Origin: an uncultured Gemmatimonadaceae bacterium | GTDB lineage: Bacteria; Gemmatimonadota; Gemmatimonadetes; Gemmatimonadales; Gemmatimonadaceae | Length of the DNA: 64,000 nucleotides | NCBI GenBank assembly: GCA_963740355.1 | Contig: CAVUDW010000002.1 | Span: forward strand, 1,632,001-1,696,000 | Direction: 5' to 3' | Shown: positions 44,078 through 55,105 of the stretch, piece after piece | Numbering within the stretch: the first letter of the stretch is position 1 | Layout: the number at the start of each line of letters is the position of its first letter | Translations under genes and position numbers: made by a program | Notes under the pieces: model-generated | Told to the model about the DNA's origin: nothing | The model's database searches: none | Seen by the model: only the letters and a program-made list of their open reading frames with translations

Positions 44078-44719
44078 TCAGTCGAGCGGTGGAATCGGCG
44101 CACGTGGCTTGATCGGAATCGCAAGACCGTCGCGCGCCTTCGTCGGAGCGGCGAATGGGATGTCCACCCTGACCAACGTGTACGTGTTGATCTTCAGGCG
44201 CTGCGCCTGCGCGGGCATCTGACAGGAGAACTCGGCGGCATAGGCGTATTCGCCGGTCAGGCCGGCCGCGAACTTCACCGGGAACATCTTCCAGCCGTCC
44301 GCCACCTCGGGACGCGTCGCGTTGGCTGTCAGGGGATACGGCAGGTTCGCCGCGATGGTCTCGATCTTCGGCCGTCCGGCGGCATCGACGACACCAGCCT
44401 TTGAGCTGGTGATCGTGACACGCGGGTCGTAGCAGGCCTTCAGACCGTTGACCAGCATCCTGATTTCGATCGCCGCCGGCTCCGTCAGGCGATAGGTCCG
44501 CGTGGTCTCGACGGGATTCGTCGCCTCCAGGTTCGACTTCGAGACCTGACCCAACGAGAGCGACACACAGATCTGCTGTGAACACGACCTGCCGACAGTC
44601 GACTGGGCACCGGCAGCATTCGCGCCGAGCAGGCTCAGGGCGGCCGTCGTCGCAGCGACGCGTGGCGCGCTCCCTGCACGGTCGCGCACGGAACGGAATA
44701 CGCGAAACGCGATCGCCAT
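44078..44719 (-). CDS. Secreted Cys-containing hypothetical protein (paralog A)
   Basis: Signal peptide ending AGA-Q; similarity to 43404..44030. Confidence 0.7.
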   Translation of the reverse strand: MAIAFRVFRSVRDRAGSAPRVAATTAALSLLGANAAGAQSTVGRSCSQQICVSLSLGQVSKSNLEATNPVETTRTYRLTEPAAIEIRMLVNGLKACYDPRVTITSSKAGVVDAAGRPKIETIAANLPYPLTANATRPEVADGWKMFPVKFAAGLTGEYAYAAEFSCQMPAQAQRLKINTYTLVRVDIPFAAPTKARDGLAIPIKPRAPIPPLD

Positions 44720-44798
44720 TGGGCACTCGGGGCACGGGAAAGCCGGTCGATGGGCCACGACCGGCTTCGAAAGAGACGCCCAAGCTCGCCGGTTGTTC

Positions 44799-45974
44799 TC
44801 ACTGCGCTGCGGCAGACCGCGGCCCACCGCAGGCGACCGGTGACTCGATTTCGTGCGCGCAGATCACCCGGGCGCGGCCCTCCGCCTTGGCTCGATACAG
44901 TGCCAGGTCGGCCTGCTTGAGCGCGCTGGTCAGATGATCGGGATGTGCGCACTCGGCCACTCCGGCGGAGAAGCTCACCCGGAGCCCCGGGGCAAAATCG
45001 TCGAATGACATGCAGTGCATCCGCGCTTGCAGACGTGCCAAGAGGGACTTTGCGCTCTCGAGGTCACCGGCCGGCAGGGCGATCAGAAACTCTTCGCCGC
45101 CCCACCGCGCAAACAGGTCGCCAGCGCGTGCTTCCAGCTCGGATGCACGCGCGAAACGTTGCAGCACGGCGTCGCCTGCAGCATGGCCGTATCGGTCGTT
45201 GACCTGCTTGAAGTGGTCCAGATCCAGGAGTGCCAGCACCATGGGTGGCGGCTCGGTGCGCTGGCGAAGCGTCAGCGCACCGAGCAGACGGTCGCCAGCA
45301 GCCCGGCGGTTGAGCAAGCCCGTCAGTTCGTCTCGCTCGGCCAGTTCGCGGTTGCGCTCCAGTGCCGCCGACAGCTGTGCGTGCTGTTGATGCAGGCGCT
45401 CGCGCATGTGGGTGATCCGCCGCGCCAGTACCGCTATTGCGGACAGCACGATCACGGCGAACACGAAGTGCATCAGTTCTACGCGTGGGTCGTAACGTGC
45501 GGGATCTGTCCACGCCTTGAACATCATCACGGATGCCAGCATGGCGGCGCATGTGACAGCCATCATACGCGCCTGGCCTGCGCTGAGCGCAATAACGCCA
45601 TAGAGCATCACCGGCACCGTGATGAGTATCACGGCACCGCGCGCCGGTCCGGTGATCGCATAACTCCAGCTGATGGCCTACATCGCCCACACAGACTGGG
45701 GAATCGAGAACGAAGCGTCACCAGATTTGACGAGGCGCCGATTGGCTCCACTGCGAATGAGCGCGTAGAATCCTATGCCCCCCGCGAGGCAGAAGACCGA
45801 CAGGGGCCACGAATCATCGAAGTCGATCAAGCCCACCATCACTTCGATATGCTGTACGACCGCGAACACCGCGTACACGAGCAACACCGTCAGCGTTTGC
45901 ACGACGACAAAGCGTTGGCGTCGCTCGACGCCGAGCACTGCGTCCGCAACGCGGGTGGTCGAGGGCAATCTCAC
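44799..45974 (-). pseudogene. Membrane diguanylate cyclase (GGDEF) interrupted by in-frame TAG at 45678-45680
   Basis: DELTGLLNRR, DLDHFKQVND, RWGGEEF; ORFs 45678..45974 and 44799..45632 are in the same frame (VWAM*AISWSYAITGPARG). Confidence 0.82.
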
Positions 45975-46073
45975 CTAGCGTATATCGGCCGCTCGCGGAA
46001 ATTCTTCAGTGAGGGCCGGGCGGTCTCGGGACGTCTGCCGGCATCGCCGCGCGCCACGATGGCGCGCATCCTC

Positions 46074-46117
46074 GACGAATGCGGTGACAGACGAATGCGG
46101 TGACAGTGCACTCATTC
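46074..46117. repeat. REP-like single arm with 16-bp tandem duplication
   Basis: (gacgaatgcggtgaca)x2-gtgcactcattc. Confidence 0.8.
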
Positions 46118-46401
46118 TTCAAGGCGGGGCATCCCTCGACCTCGTCAACCACCGTCGCGGTGAGGTGCGGGGCACAGCGGCACCATACGCAATCGGGCAA
46201 ACCGCGACAGCAGCAGGCCTGCGCAAAGCACGACTCCATGAAATCACCGCTTCTTGGCAAGCTGTGACATCGGATGTATAGATGATCAACGCCAGCGTGC
46301 CAAACTCAGGCTGCCTGGTGTCCTACCCACTCGTGTTCCTGCACGAGGGTACGGATGCGCGTCGAAGCTCCCCATTCGGCCAGGGATCGGGATCAGTCCC
46401 C

Positions 46402-49314
46402 ATGCAAACGTGTCGGGTCTTGCGCTATCGTGTCGTCCGTCTGGCGACACTCCTTGCAATCGTCTTTCTCGGTGCGCCCGCTGGCGCGCAGACGCCGACG
46501 GTGCGCGATACCACCGCGATCCGGAAAGAGCTGGCAGCTGCACGAGATGCCAATCGCATCCCCTTGCTGCTCGAGCTGGGCGAACGGCAGCGGGACCAGC
46601 CCACCGACGCCCTCACGAGCACAGCGGAAGCGCTGGCTTTGCTCGCCGCACATCCCGCGATCAGGGACGAGATCCGTGTGCGAATCGCGAGAAGTTATGC
46701 ATTGCAGGCCCTTGGCAGATATCCGGAGGCGCTCGACGAGGCCGCGCGGGCGGAACGTCTCGGGAATGATGCAACTGATGACCGGCTCCTCGCCGATGCG
46801 TGCTATCAGTTGTCAATCGTCCAGTGGCGCATGTCGAGTTACGATGCTGCACTCGTCAATGCCGAGCGCGCGCGAATGCTCCTGCTGCCCCACGGCGCGT
46901 CGCCTGCCCTCGCTCGGACGCTGTCACACATCGGCGCGATCCACTACAACCAGAGCGAGCTCGCTGAGGCGCTCGAGAGCTATCTGGCGTCGCTCCAGAT
47001 GAGCGAGGGACTCGGCGACGAGATCGCCGTCGCGCGCGTGCACAACAACATCGGCCTCGTCTATCTCGACCTCGGACGTAACCAGGAAGCGTACAATACG
47101 CTCATGCGTGCGCTCGCCATTCATGAGCGACTCGGACCGCGCCACAATCTCACGAACACCCTCAACAACGTCGGGCTGGCCCTGATTCAACTCGGACGTC
47201 CCCGCGAGGCACTCCCGTATCTCGAGCGGGCACTGCGCAACGACCGCGAGTCGGGGGACCTGTATGGTCAGGCGAAGGACCTGAGCAACATCGGAGGAGT
47301 GCACGAAGGATTGAAGGCGTGGTCGAGGGCGATCGAATTTCATCAGCAGGCACTCGCATTGCGCGAGCGCATCGGCGACAAGGACGGACTCACTCGCACA
47401 CTAGGTGCCCTCGCGGAGATCCGGATGCGCCAGGGAGACGCGAAGGGCGCGATTCCGATCTTCGAGCGGTCGATCGCACTCGCCGCCGAGATCAACGCCC
47501 GGCGCGATGAGGCGGAGCAGCTGGCACTGCTCGCCGAGGCGCGCGCAACTGCGGGTGATTCGGCCGGCGCCTATCGCACGTATCGGCGCTTTCATGCACT
47601 TGAGGCGACGTTGGCAGACAGCGCCTCGCGTCGGCAGACCGCCGATCTCGAAGCGCGCTACCAGACGCGCGAGCGTCAACGGGAACTCGACGCGCTCCGG
47701 ACGCTGGCAGAGTCGCGCAAGGCTCGGCTCACCTGGCTCGTGATCGGGAGTGTGTCCCTCGCATTCTGTCTCGCCTTGCTGGGGATCGTGTTCGTGATGC
47801 GCGCACGGGCGCAGCGGGCCATCGCGGAATCGGAGGAGCGTTATCGCGCGTTGTTCCAGACATCCACGGTGCCCCTGATCCTCGTGGACGTGGCAACGCA
47901 GGAACTCATCGATCTCAACGCACCTGCACAGACACTGTGCGGGACCTCTTTCTCTACGAGCGCGCTGAAGATTACTGACGTCGAGCCAGCCTGGCTGGCG
48001 GAGGCGCTCGGCCGATTGTTCGACGGAGGGAGGATCCGCGAAGGGGCGGTCGACACGTCATGGGACGATGTCGAAGGACGTCAGCGCCGCTCTGAGGTCG
48101 GCGGTGCCGCAGTCGCACTCGGTGGCCGGCGTTGTGCGCTCGTGACCGTACGCGATGTGACGGAGGTGCGCCGCGAGGAGGAGACGCGGCAGCGGGAGGA
48201 CAAGCTGCAGTCGCTCGGCGTGCTCGCGGGTGGCATTGCGCACGACTTCAACAATGCCCTCATGGTGATCATGGGGCATGTGACGCTGGCCAGGGAGGCC
48301 ACGCCCAGTGAGCGACTGGAGATGCTGCAGGATGCGCAACAGGCGGTGATGGGGGCCAGCCGCCTCACCGCACAGCTGCTTGCGTTTTCAAGGGGAGGCC
48401 AGCCGAAGAGAGAGACCACGGACATCGGAAGGATGCTGCGCGATACCGTCGCCATGGCCGGTGCCGGCTCGCGGATGCGGGTCGAACTCGACGTGCCGGA
48501 CACGCTCTGGCATGCCAACGTGGACGCGGGGCAGTTCAGCCAGGTCGTGGCCAACATCGTCATCAACGCCAAGCAGGCCACCGGCGACGGCGGGCATCTG
48601 ACAGTGCGTGCGCGGAATCATTCCGGCGAATTGCCGGACGGTGCTGGCATCACGGCCGTTGCGCACGATCAGCGCTATGTGCGCATCGACTTCGCTGACA
48701 ACGGCGGCGGCATTCCGGATGCCATTCGGCATCGTGTGTTCGATCCGTACTTCACGACACGGGCGCGTGGCAGCGGACTCGGACTGGCCACCGCGTTCGC
48801 GATCTGCCGCAATCACGGTGGTGCGCTCACCTTCGACTCGCACGCCGGCGAGGGGACGACGTTCAGCGCATTCTTCCCTGCGTCGCACGACCGCGCCGAG
48901 ACAGTGGTCATCGCACCGTCGGCGGAGCCGGATGGCATCGGGTCCATTCTCGTCCTCGACGACGAGCCACCCGTCCGCCGCATTCTGCAGCGCATGCTCG
49001 AAAAGTGGGGTTACGAAGTGGAGGTGGTCGCCGACGGCAGCACGGCGGTGCAGCGCTACGTGGAGCGGATGCAGGCCGGACGGAAATTCGACCTCCTGAT
49101 CATGGACCTGACGATTCCGGGCGGGATGGGCGGTCGACAGGCGATGGCCGAGATCCTGCGGCACGATCCGAGTGCGCGCGCGATCGTGGCGAGCGGTTAT
49201 TCCGACGATCCGACGATGGCGGATTTTCGCGCGGCGGGGTTCGTCGCAGCGCTCACCAAGCCGTTTCAGAGCGAGGATTTGGGGAGGGCGGTGCAGGCGG
49301 CGATGGCGTCATAA
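46402..49314 (+). CDS. TPR-PAS hybrid histidine kinase with receiver
   Basis: TPR repeats (HNNIGLVY, LNNVGL), TM, LAGGIAHDFNN, YFTT..GSGLGL, IMDLTIPG; start uncertain. Confidence 0.9.
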   Translation: MQTCRVLRYRVVRLATLLAIVFLGAPAGAQTPTVRDTTAIRKELAAARDANRIPLLLELGERQRDQPTDALTSTAEALALLAAHPAIRDEIRVRIARSYALQALGRYPEALDEAARAERLGNDATDDRLLADACYQLSIVQWRMSSYDAALVNAERARMLLLPHGASPALARTLSHIGAIHYNQSELAEALESYLASLQMSEGLGDEIAVARVHNNIGLVYLDLGRNQEAYNTLMRALAIHERLGPRHNLTNTLNNVGLALIQLGRPREALPYLERALRNDRESGDLYGQAKDLSNIGGVHEGLKAWSRAIEFHQQALALRERIGDKDGLTRTLGALAEIRMRQGDAKGAIPIFERSIALAAEINARRDEAEQLALLAEARATAGDSAGAYRTYRRFHALEATLADSASRRQTADLEARYQTRERQRELDALRTLAESRKARLTWLVIGSVSLAFCLALLGIVFVMRARAQRAIAESEERYRALFQTSTVPLILVDVATQELIDLNAPAQTLCGTSFSTSALKITDVEPAWLAEALGRLFDGGRIREGAVDTSWDDVEGRQRRSEVGGAAVALGGRRCALVTVRDVTEVRREEETRQREDKLQSLGVLAGGIAHDFNNALMVIMGHVTLAREATPSERLEMLQDAQQAVMGASRLTAQLLAFSRGGQPKRETTDIGRMLRDTVAMAGAGSRMRVELDVPDTLWHANVDAGQFSQVVANIVINAKQATGDGGHLTVRARNHSGELPDGAGITAVAHDQRYVRIDFADNGGGIPDAIRHRVFDPYFTTRARGSGLGLATAFAICRNHGGALTFDSHAGEGTTFSAFFPASHDRAETVVIAPSAEPDGIGSILVLDDEPPVRRILQRMLEKWGYEVEVVADGSTAVQRYVERMQAGRKFDLLIMDLTIPGGMGGRQAMAEILRHDPSARAIVASGYSDDPTMADFRAAGFVAALTKPFQSEDLGRAVQAAMAS

Positions 49315-50055
49315 CGTCACGACGACGGGCCCCTGCTTGGTCGCGACGACCGTGTGCTCGTACTGGACGCACCGCGCTGCCGGACGGGCGACCAGCGTCC
49401 AGCCGTCATCGCCGCGGTCCTCAGCGAACCGGCCGCCCAGCGACAGGAACGGCTCGACGGTCAGCACCAGACCGTCGGCGATGGTCCGGCGCTCTGAGCG
49501 GTCGGGCCAGGTGGGGATCTCGGCGGGCTCATCGTGGAGGCTGTCGCCGACCCCGTGGCTCGCAAGATTTTCGATCAGCGTATAGCGATGGCGACGGGCA
49601 AAGGCGCCGATCGCATCGCCGATGTCGGCGAGCTTGCCGCCCGATCGCACGGCACGGATGCCCTCCCACATCGCGCGCTTGCCGTCACGGCAGAGCGCTG
49701 CGAGCTGCGGCGCGGCCTCCGGCACCAGATAGGAGGCTCCGGTATCTGCGAAAATCCCGTCGAGCTCGGCCGAGACATCGATATTCACTAGATCTCCCGC
49801 CGCGATCACGCGCGCTCCTGGGATGCCGTGGGCGATCTCTTCGTTTACCGAAATGCAGGTTGCGCCCGGAAAGCCGTACGTGATCCGGGGCGCCGAACGG
49901 GCGCCATGCGCGTCGAGGAAGGCGTTGCCGATGGCGTCGAGCTCACCGGTGGTGATCCCCGGACGCAGCGCGTAGGCCATGGCATCTCGCGCCAAGGCAC
50001 AGACCCGGCCGACCGCCTTCAGGCGGTCGAGCTGATTTTCGCTGCTGATGGTCAT
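49309..50055 (-). CDS. map: Type I methionine aminopeptidase
   Basis: GFPGATCISVNEEIAHGIP, NIDVS, ADTG, SHGVG..LHDEP, VEPF, QYEHTV. Confidence 0.95.
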   Translation of the reverse strand: MTISSENQLDRLKAVGRVCALARDAMAYALRPGITTGELDAIGNAFLDAHGARSAPRITYGFPGATCISVNEEIAHGIPGARVIAAGDLVNIDVSAELDGIFADTGASYLVPEAAPQLAALCRDGKRAMWEGIRAVRSGGKLADIGDAIGAFARRHRYTLIENLASHGVGDSLHDEPAEIPTWPDRSERRTIADGLVLTVEPFLSLGGRFAEDRGDDGWTLVARPAARCVQYEHTVVATKQGPVVVTL

Positions 50056-50090
50056 TCGGGCATCCCGAGCACCTTGGATTCATGGCGCGG

Positions 50091-51125
50091 TCAGCGCCTC
50101 GTAGCGTCGGCGGGCTTCCCAGGCGGTGGGAACACAGGGCCTGCCGAGTCCTGCGGCGTAGGAACCGACAGGTCGATGCGATCGTGCAGGAAAACCAACT
50201 GATCGAAGTAATGCGCCGCCGTGAGGCGATGCCCGGACTCGTACCACCGAATCTGTGTGCCGCGCGGCGCGGCGGCGTGGAAGCTCCGCGCGACGTGCGG
50301 GAGGACCGCTTCGTCCTGCGTGTTGTTCTGCAGAAAGATCTTTTGCCCATCGGCGCGAGGGAAGTACGTCGTGCCGGAGACAGGCTCCATCGCCGCGACC
50401 CAGCGGTCGCGCTGAACGGCGGGAATGGAAGTGAGTGGTCCGACCAGCGCGCCCTGCGGATCCCGGAAATGCGCGACGAACCCGAGGTCTCCAACGGCGA
50501 GTACATACGCGGCCAGGCGCGGTTCGACGCCAGCGAGCACCGCACCCATCGCGCCGCCGTAACTGATCCCAACGTACGCCACACGCGCGGAGTCCACGTC
50601 CGGCCGGGCGCTGAGAATGTCCACAAGCCTGCGGAGATCCACGATCGTCTGCACCTGTTCGACGGAATCGCGCACCGTGAAGCTCAGCGGCTCGCGAAAA
50701 TTCCGGCGGGCAAACGCGGCATCGATGCCGATGACGATGGCGCCCTTCTTCGCGAAGAAATTCCCACGCGGTCCCAGATTGTCGCTATTGCCAGGCGCGC
50801 CGTGGCCAAAGAGAATGGCCGCGTATTTGCGCGCGGGGACCGATCCCGCGGGCCTGAACATCTTGCCGGTCACGCGACCACCGAGCGGGCTGGCGAAGCT
50901 GATGACGTACTCGTCAACGCCCTCCGAACTTCGCACGAGCGAATCCCGCCACTCAGCGGGTGTGCGCGCGTCGTAGGCGAACGGGGATGTGCTTGCGGGC
51001 GCTGGCGATACCGACTGCGCGTCGATGGGTGCGGGTAGGCTCAGCCAGAGCGCAGCGTGGAGAACCGATAGCGCTTTCGCGAGGAGGACTACGTTTGTGT
51101 CGCGGTATCCATCCTTGAGTCGCAT
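50091..51125 (-). CDS. Secreted alpha/beta hydrolase (acetyl xylan esterase-like)
   Basis: GISYGG nucleophile, QDEAV, SGH. Confidence 0.8.
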   Translation of the reverse strand: MRLKDGYRDTNVVLLAKALSVLHAALWLSLPAPIDAQSVSPAPASTSPFAYDARTPAEWRDSLVRSSEGVDEYVISFASPLGGRVTGKMFRPAGSVPARKYAAILFGHGAPGNSDNLGPRGNFFAKKGAIVIGIDAAFARRNFREPLSFTVRDSVEQVQTIVDLRRLVDILSARPDVDSARVAYVGISYGGAMGAVLAGVEPRLAAYVLAVGDLGFVAHFRDPQGALVGPLTSIPAVQRDRWVAAMEPVSGTTYFPRADGQKIFLQNNTQDEAVLPHVARSFHAAAPRGTQIRWYESGHRLTAAHYFDQLVFLHDRIDLSVPTPQDSAGPVFPPPGKPADATRR

Positions 51126-51307
51126 GTCCTAATGCCTCTTTGGGTTGCTCGTGTGATGCGGCGTCCGCCAAAAAGGTTGCTCGACTTGGTGCGCTGGAAG
51201 CGGATCGACGGTCGCGTTGGTCAGGCTCTTCGTTGTAGCCTACGCCAACCTCGCGGGCAGTCCTGCTCCGCGGCACATCAACGCGACTCGCTTCTTCCGG
51301 ACAAAAA

Positions 51308-51724
51308 ATGACTGGTGACCTCCTCAGCAACTCCCTCACCGGGATCGTCGCGCACATGGTCCACCTCGGCATCGCGGCAGCAGCGGTTCTGGTGTTCGCG
51401 GCCATCTACCTCATGATGACACCGCATCGCGAAATCTCCCTGATCCGGCAGGGCAACTCTGCCGCCGCGATCTCACTCAGCGGGGCGATACTCGGCTACA
51501 CCATACCGCTGGCGAAGGCGGTGGCACAGAGTGAGAGTATCCAGGAGATGCTGCTCTGGAGCGGCGTGGCATTGGTGGCGCAACTCATCGCCTATGGCAT
51601 CGGTCGGCTGGTCCTCCCACAGTTGTCAGCGCACGTGAGCGAAGGGAAGACGGCGTCGGCCATTCTCCTCGCTGCCATCGCTGTCGCCGTCGGCCTGCTC
51701 AATTCGGCGGCGATGACCGCATAG
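51308..51724 (+). CDS. DUF350 domain membrane protein
   Basis: TPHREISLIRQGNSAAAISLSGAILG; GLLNSAAM. Confidence 0.9.
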   Translation: MTGDLLSNSLTGIVAHMVHLGIAAAAVLVFAAIYLMMTPHREISLIRQGNSAAAISLSGAILGYTIPLAKAVAQSESIQEMLLWSGVALVAQLIAYGIGRLVLPQLSAHVSEGKTASAILLAAIAVAVGLLNSAAMTA

Positions 51725-51831
51725 TCGGACGCGTCGTGTCGTGAGCGCGCCGCTCCGGCACCCGGCCTGACCTGCATTACCAACGTCAGTTACGTCAACA
51801 ACATCAGCTACATCAGTACATCACAGACCAG

Positions 51832-53743
51832 CTACATCAACAATTCGTTCACCGCCCGGCGTGCCTCGTCGATCGCAGCATCGGTGTACGAATACGCCGC
51901 CGCGTCGGCATTCGCGATCGCAATCCGCCCCAGTGGCTGGCGCGCGGCCACACACGGCTGCTCGCCGCCCGCGAGCCAGAACGGGTCGGCGAGGGAGTTG
52001 TACTGGTATGCGTATCCATGCGGCCACCGATTGACGGTGATACCGAGGATGTCCGCCGCTGGATCGAATCCGCCCGCGCCGAACATCCGGCCGAGCTGGT
52101 CGCGAATGCTACGCTCGATCGTCTCGAACGGTGTCGCAAGCAACTCCGCGCGGCCGACTGTGTGTTGCATCGGCCCCGGCAACCCAGGCTTGCATGCCGA
52201 CCGATTCATATGGAGCACCACCGGTTCGGTGGGCGACTTGCTGTGGACGTAGTCACCGATGCTGACTGGGGTATCGAGGCTAGTCGAGGAGTGCCACAGG
52301 CCGGGACTCGAGACACTGCTCACCTTCAGAGCCTGCATCGCGGTCCACTGACGCACGAAGACGTTGGTGTACACCAGCGGAACCTTCTTCGCATACCTGA
52401 GCGCCGCACGTTGCGGCTCGGCGAGATCAGGGCAGATGTGCGGAATGACATGATGCCAGCAGGCCAGCACGACGCGGCTGGCACTCGCGCGTTGCAGTCG
52501 TCCGTCGCGCATGTAGAGCACATCGACCGCGGTGGCGCCGTCGATCGGACCGTCGTGCGCGACCCTGCACGACGGTCGAATCAAGTCGCACCCGGGTGCG
52601 GGACGACGTGACGTCAAGCCTGCCATAGTCGATGCGCGCCGACACGACGTCATCGGCCGTCGATCCCGGAACAGCATCCGGAATCAGTCGCCGCATCAGC
52701 AGCCTCGCGATGGTCGCATTGCCATCGGGGAAGTGAAAGAAGTACGCATCCGCCTCGGCGCTGCGCATCGAGTCGTAGTTCTGGCCAACACCGTCGACAT
52801 CATCGAGCTTCATGCCCTGGAAGCCGGGCAGGCCGAGTCCAAATGCATCCTGCGCGGGTACGGCGTCGACGCCGAAGCCGAACAGCGTATGCGTCCGGGT
52901 CTGGTAGATGCCCAGGACGTGTGGGTCGAGTCCCCAGACCGTCGTGACGAAGTCGGTGTAACTCATTCGCGCGAGGCGACCCTTCTTCTCTGCCGAACTC
53001 AGTTCAGGCCATGGATCGCGCTGCTCGGTGTTGAGCAGCATGATCTGCGCCTGGATCTCCGCCGGCAGGGGAGTTCGGGCGAGGAACTCGGCATTCGCGG
53101 CGCGCGCGGATCCTGTCACGAGGCGATCGTCGCCGAAGGTCTCACGGTCGAAGAACGTCGCAGGTCCGAGTCCGAGCGACGAGTAGCGATCGCGATCGAG
53201 TACCGATGCATATCGTGACACGTCGATGCCCAGCTCTGTGATCAGCGCCTTGGCCTCGGGCGAATACGGTCGGGGGCTTTCGATCGACTGGGTGCCGCCA
53301 TATCCGATCCAGGTGCGATTGTCGTGCGTGAACTCGTTTCGCTTGGCGTGCCCGCCGAAGTCGTCGTGGTTGTCGAGCACCAGGATGCGCGACTCGGCAC
53401 CAGCCTGCTGCCTGAAGTAGTGCGCGGCCGCCAGCCCGCTGATGCCAGCGCCGACCACGATCAGGTCGTAGTGCTCACGGGTGTCGAGGGCTCGGCCGAG
53501 CGATAGGGCGCCATCGCGCAACTGGTGCGCCGCCTCGAACGAACCGGCATGATCACCGCGCAGGCCGGTGAGTGCGGGCGGGTACAGCTCACCCACATAC
53601 GCGGCTGAGTTGAGCCGCTGCGCGCCAGCCTCGCGAGAGTTGAGCAGCGAGCCGACGCCGAGGCCGACCGCGACGGTGCCGACGAAGTCCCGCCGGCTGA
53701 TGTTGCGGAACATGCCAAGCTCGCGATCGCGTGAAGCGGACAT
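51832..53743 (-). CDS. Tat-exported FAD-dependent oxidoreductase, spermidine dehydrogenase (SpdH)-like; apparent extra base at 52563-52565
   Basis: SRRDF, YPPALTGLRG, VGAGISG, DNHDDFGGHAKRNEF, HFPDGN, then VNRWPHGYAY in shifted frame. Confidence 0.82.
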
Positions 53744-53800
53744 GGGGCGAAGCGTAGCGGAGCGCGCACGGGGCAGGGAGTGGCATGACCACCGCGGGCC

Positions 53801-53941
53801 AATCCGGTGACAGTGCACTCATTCGCGAGAATTGAGTGCACTGTCACCGGATTTCGCGCGGCGCGATCAGGGGTCTCGAGCCGCAGGCTGAATGCGCGCA
53901 GGCACTGGACCGAGCACCTGCCCGTACGAGCCCGGGTGCTC
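53801..53941 (+). repeat. Direct repeat copy 1: REP palindrome plus decayed copy of the 3' end of gene 55255..56751
   Basis: Aligns with 55189..55329. Confidence 0.9.
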
Positions 53942-54095
53942 AATCTCAGAAACACGCCACTAGCCATCCGCGTCGACGTCCAACAGCTTCACGGCACTCG
54001 AATCGCACGCGACAGCGGGGCATGTTCGCGGGAATCGATGCCCTGGACTTCACAGTCGGCTCTGGGGCCACTCGATTCGGACTCCCGAGGCTCGC

Positions 54096-54452
54096 GTGAC
54101 GAACACGGACCATGGCGTTGATGCGGCTGTCGTCGACCGGACGAGCAGTCTGCTCACTCGGCTGGGCTTTTTGTACCTGTCGAGTGTCGCCGCACTCGTC
54201 ACCCTCGCCTACGAAGCCTTCGTCACATTGGCGAGCATGATGCCTGGCAGGCCGGCTCCGCTCTGGCAATACCTGCTTGGCTACGGCGTCGGACTGATCG
54301 GCGTGCTGATCTCATGGTTCGCTGGCAAGGCGTATCTCCGATCCTGCCGCGGAGCCAACATGCCACCCGCTCGCTTCGCAGTGCGGTGGCTGGGAGGCCC
54401 GCTCGCGCTGGTGGCATTCACAGGATTGGCGTTCGTCGTCCTGCGCTCCTGA
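54096..54452 (+). CDS. Small hypothetical 3-TM membrane protein
   Basis: Three hydrophobic helices; GAGG before GTG. Confidence 0.6.
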   Translation: MTNTDHGVDAAVVDRTSSLLTRLGFLYLSSVAALVTLAYEAFVTLASMMPGRPAPLWQYLLGYGVGLIGVLISWFAGKAYLRSCRGANMPPARFAVRWLGGPLALVAFTGLAFVVLRS

Positions 54453-54560
54453 TCGCTGCGCCGCTGCAATTCGCAGCCGGCACACCATTGCGCAGCCAAG
54501 TGCTGTGCGCGAGATCACCACACGGTGCCGCAACCATGGCATCGGCAACCCACCCGACCC

Positions 54561-55088
54561 ATGCGTTCTCGCCTGCTCATCCCGTCGTTCGTCATGATCA
54601 TCACCGCGAGTGCTGCGACAGCGGCGGGCGCGCAGACCGTTCCAGCGGGATGGCGTGCAATGCTGCGCTCGAGTCCTGAGGAGGAAAGCGTGTACCTCGA
54701 CGTCCAGAGTCCGCTCTCGGCTCTGCTGACGGTGCGGGAATCGGGCAGGACGACCATCGACGCGCCGACGCTGGGTGAGTGGCTGACGCGAATCACGCAG
54801 GCCGACCCGGCGCCGGGTGGCGGGCGCTGGAGCGAACCGGGGTCGGTCACGTCGAGAGACGCGAACACAGCGATTCTCGTCCGTACCTTCTCCTGGCGCG
54901 CCGGTAACGGCGTGGTGCAGTATGGCGCGACGAGCCGCGACGGCAAGCAGGGCCGCGTGATACGGCTCGTGTTCGGCACACGGGCAGCGGTCGACGGACC
55001 ACGCGGCGTGTTGGCACGCAACCTGTTCGGCGAGTTGATGCAGGCCGAGTTGAACGCCGGGGCTGCTGCGCCGGCTCCCAAGAAGTAG
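54561..55088 (+). CDS. Secreted hypothetical protein
   Basis: Signal peptide ending AGA-Q; coding-like GC3 pattern. Confidence 0.6.
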   Translation: MRSRLLIPSFVMIITASAATAAGAQTVPAGWRAMLRSSPEEESVYLDVQSPLSALLTVRESGRTTIDAPTLGEWLTRITQADPAPGGGRWSEPGSVTSRDANTAILVRTFSWRAGNGVVQYGATSRDGKQGRVIRLVFGTRAAVDGPRGVLARNLFGELMQAELNAGAAAPAPKK

Positions 55089-55105
55089 TGCTTCGTCGCG
55101 TCGCA

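Noticed and set aside
45678..45680. Pyrrolysine or genome-wide TAG recoding
   Set aside because: TAG terminates several clear genes in the window; no pyl genes seen; only one instance
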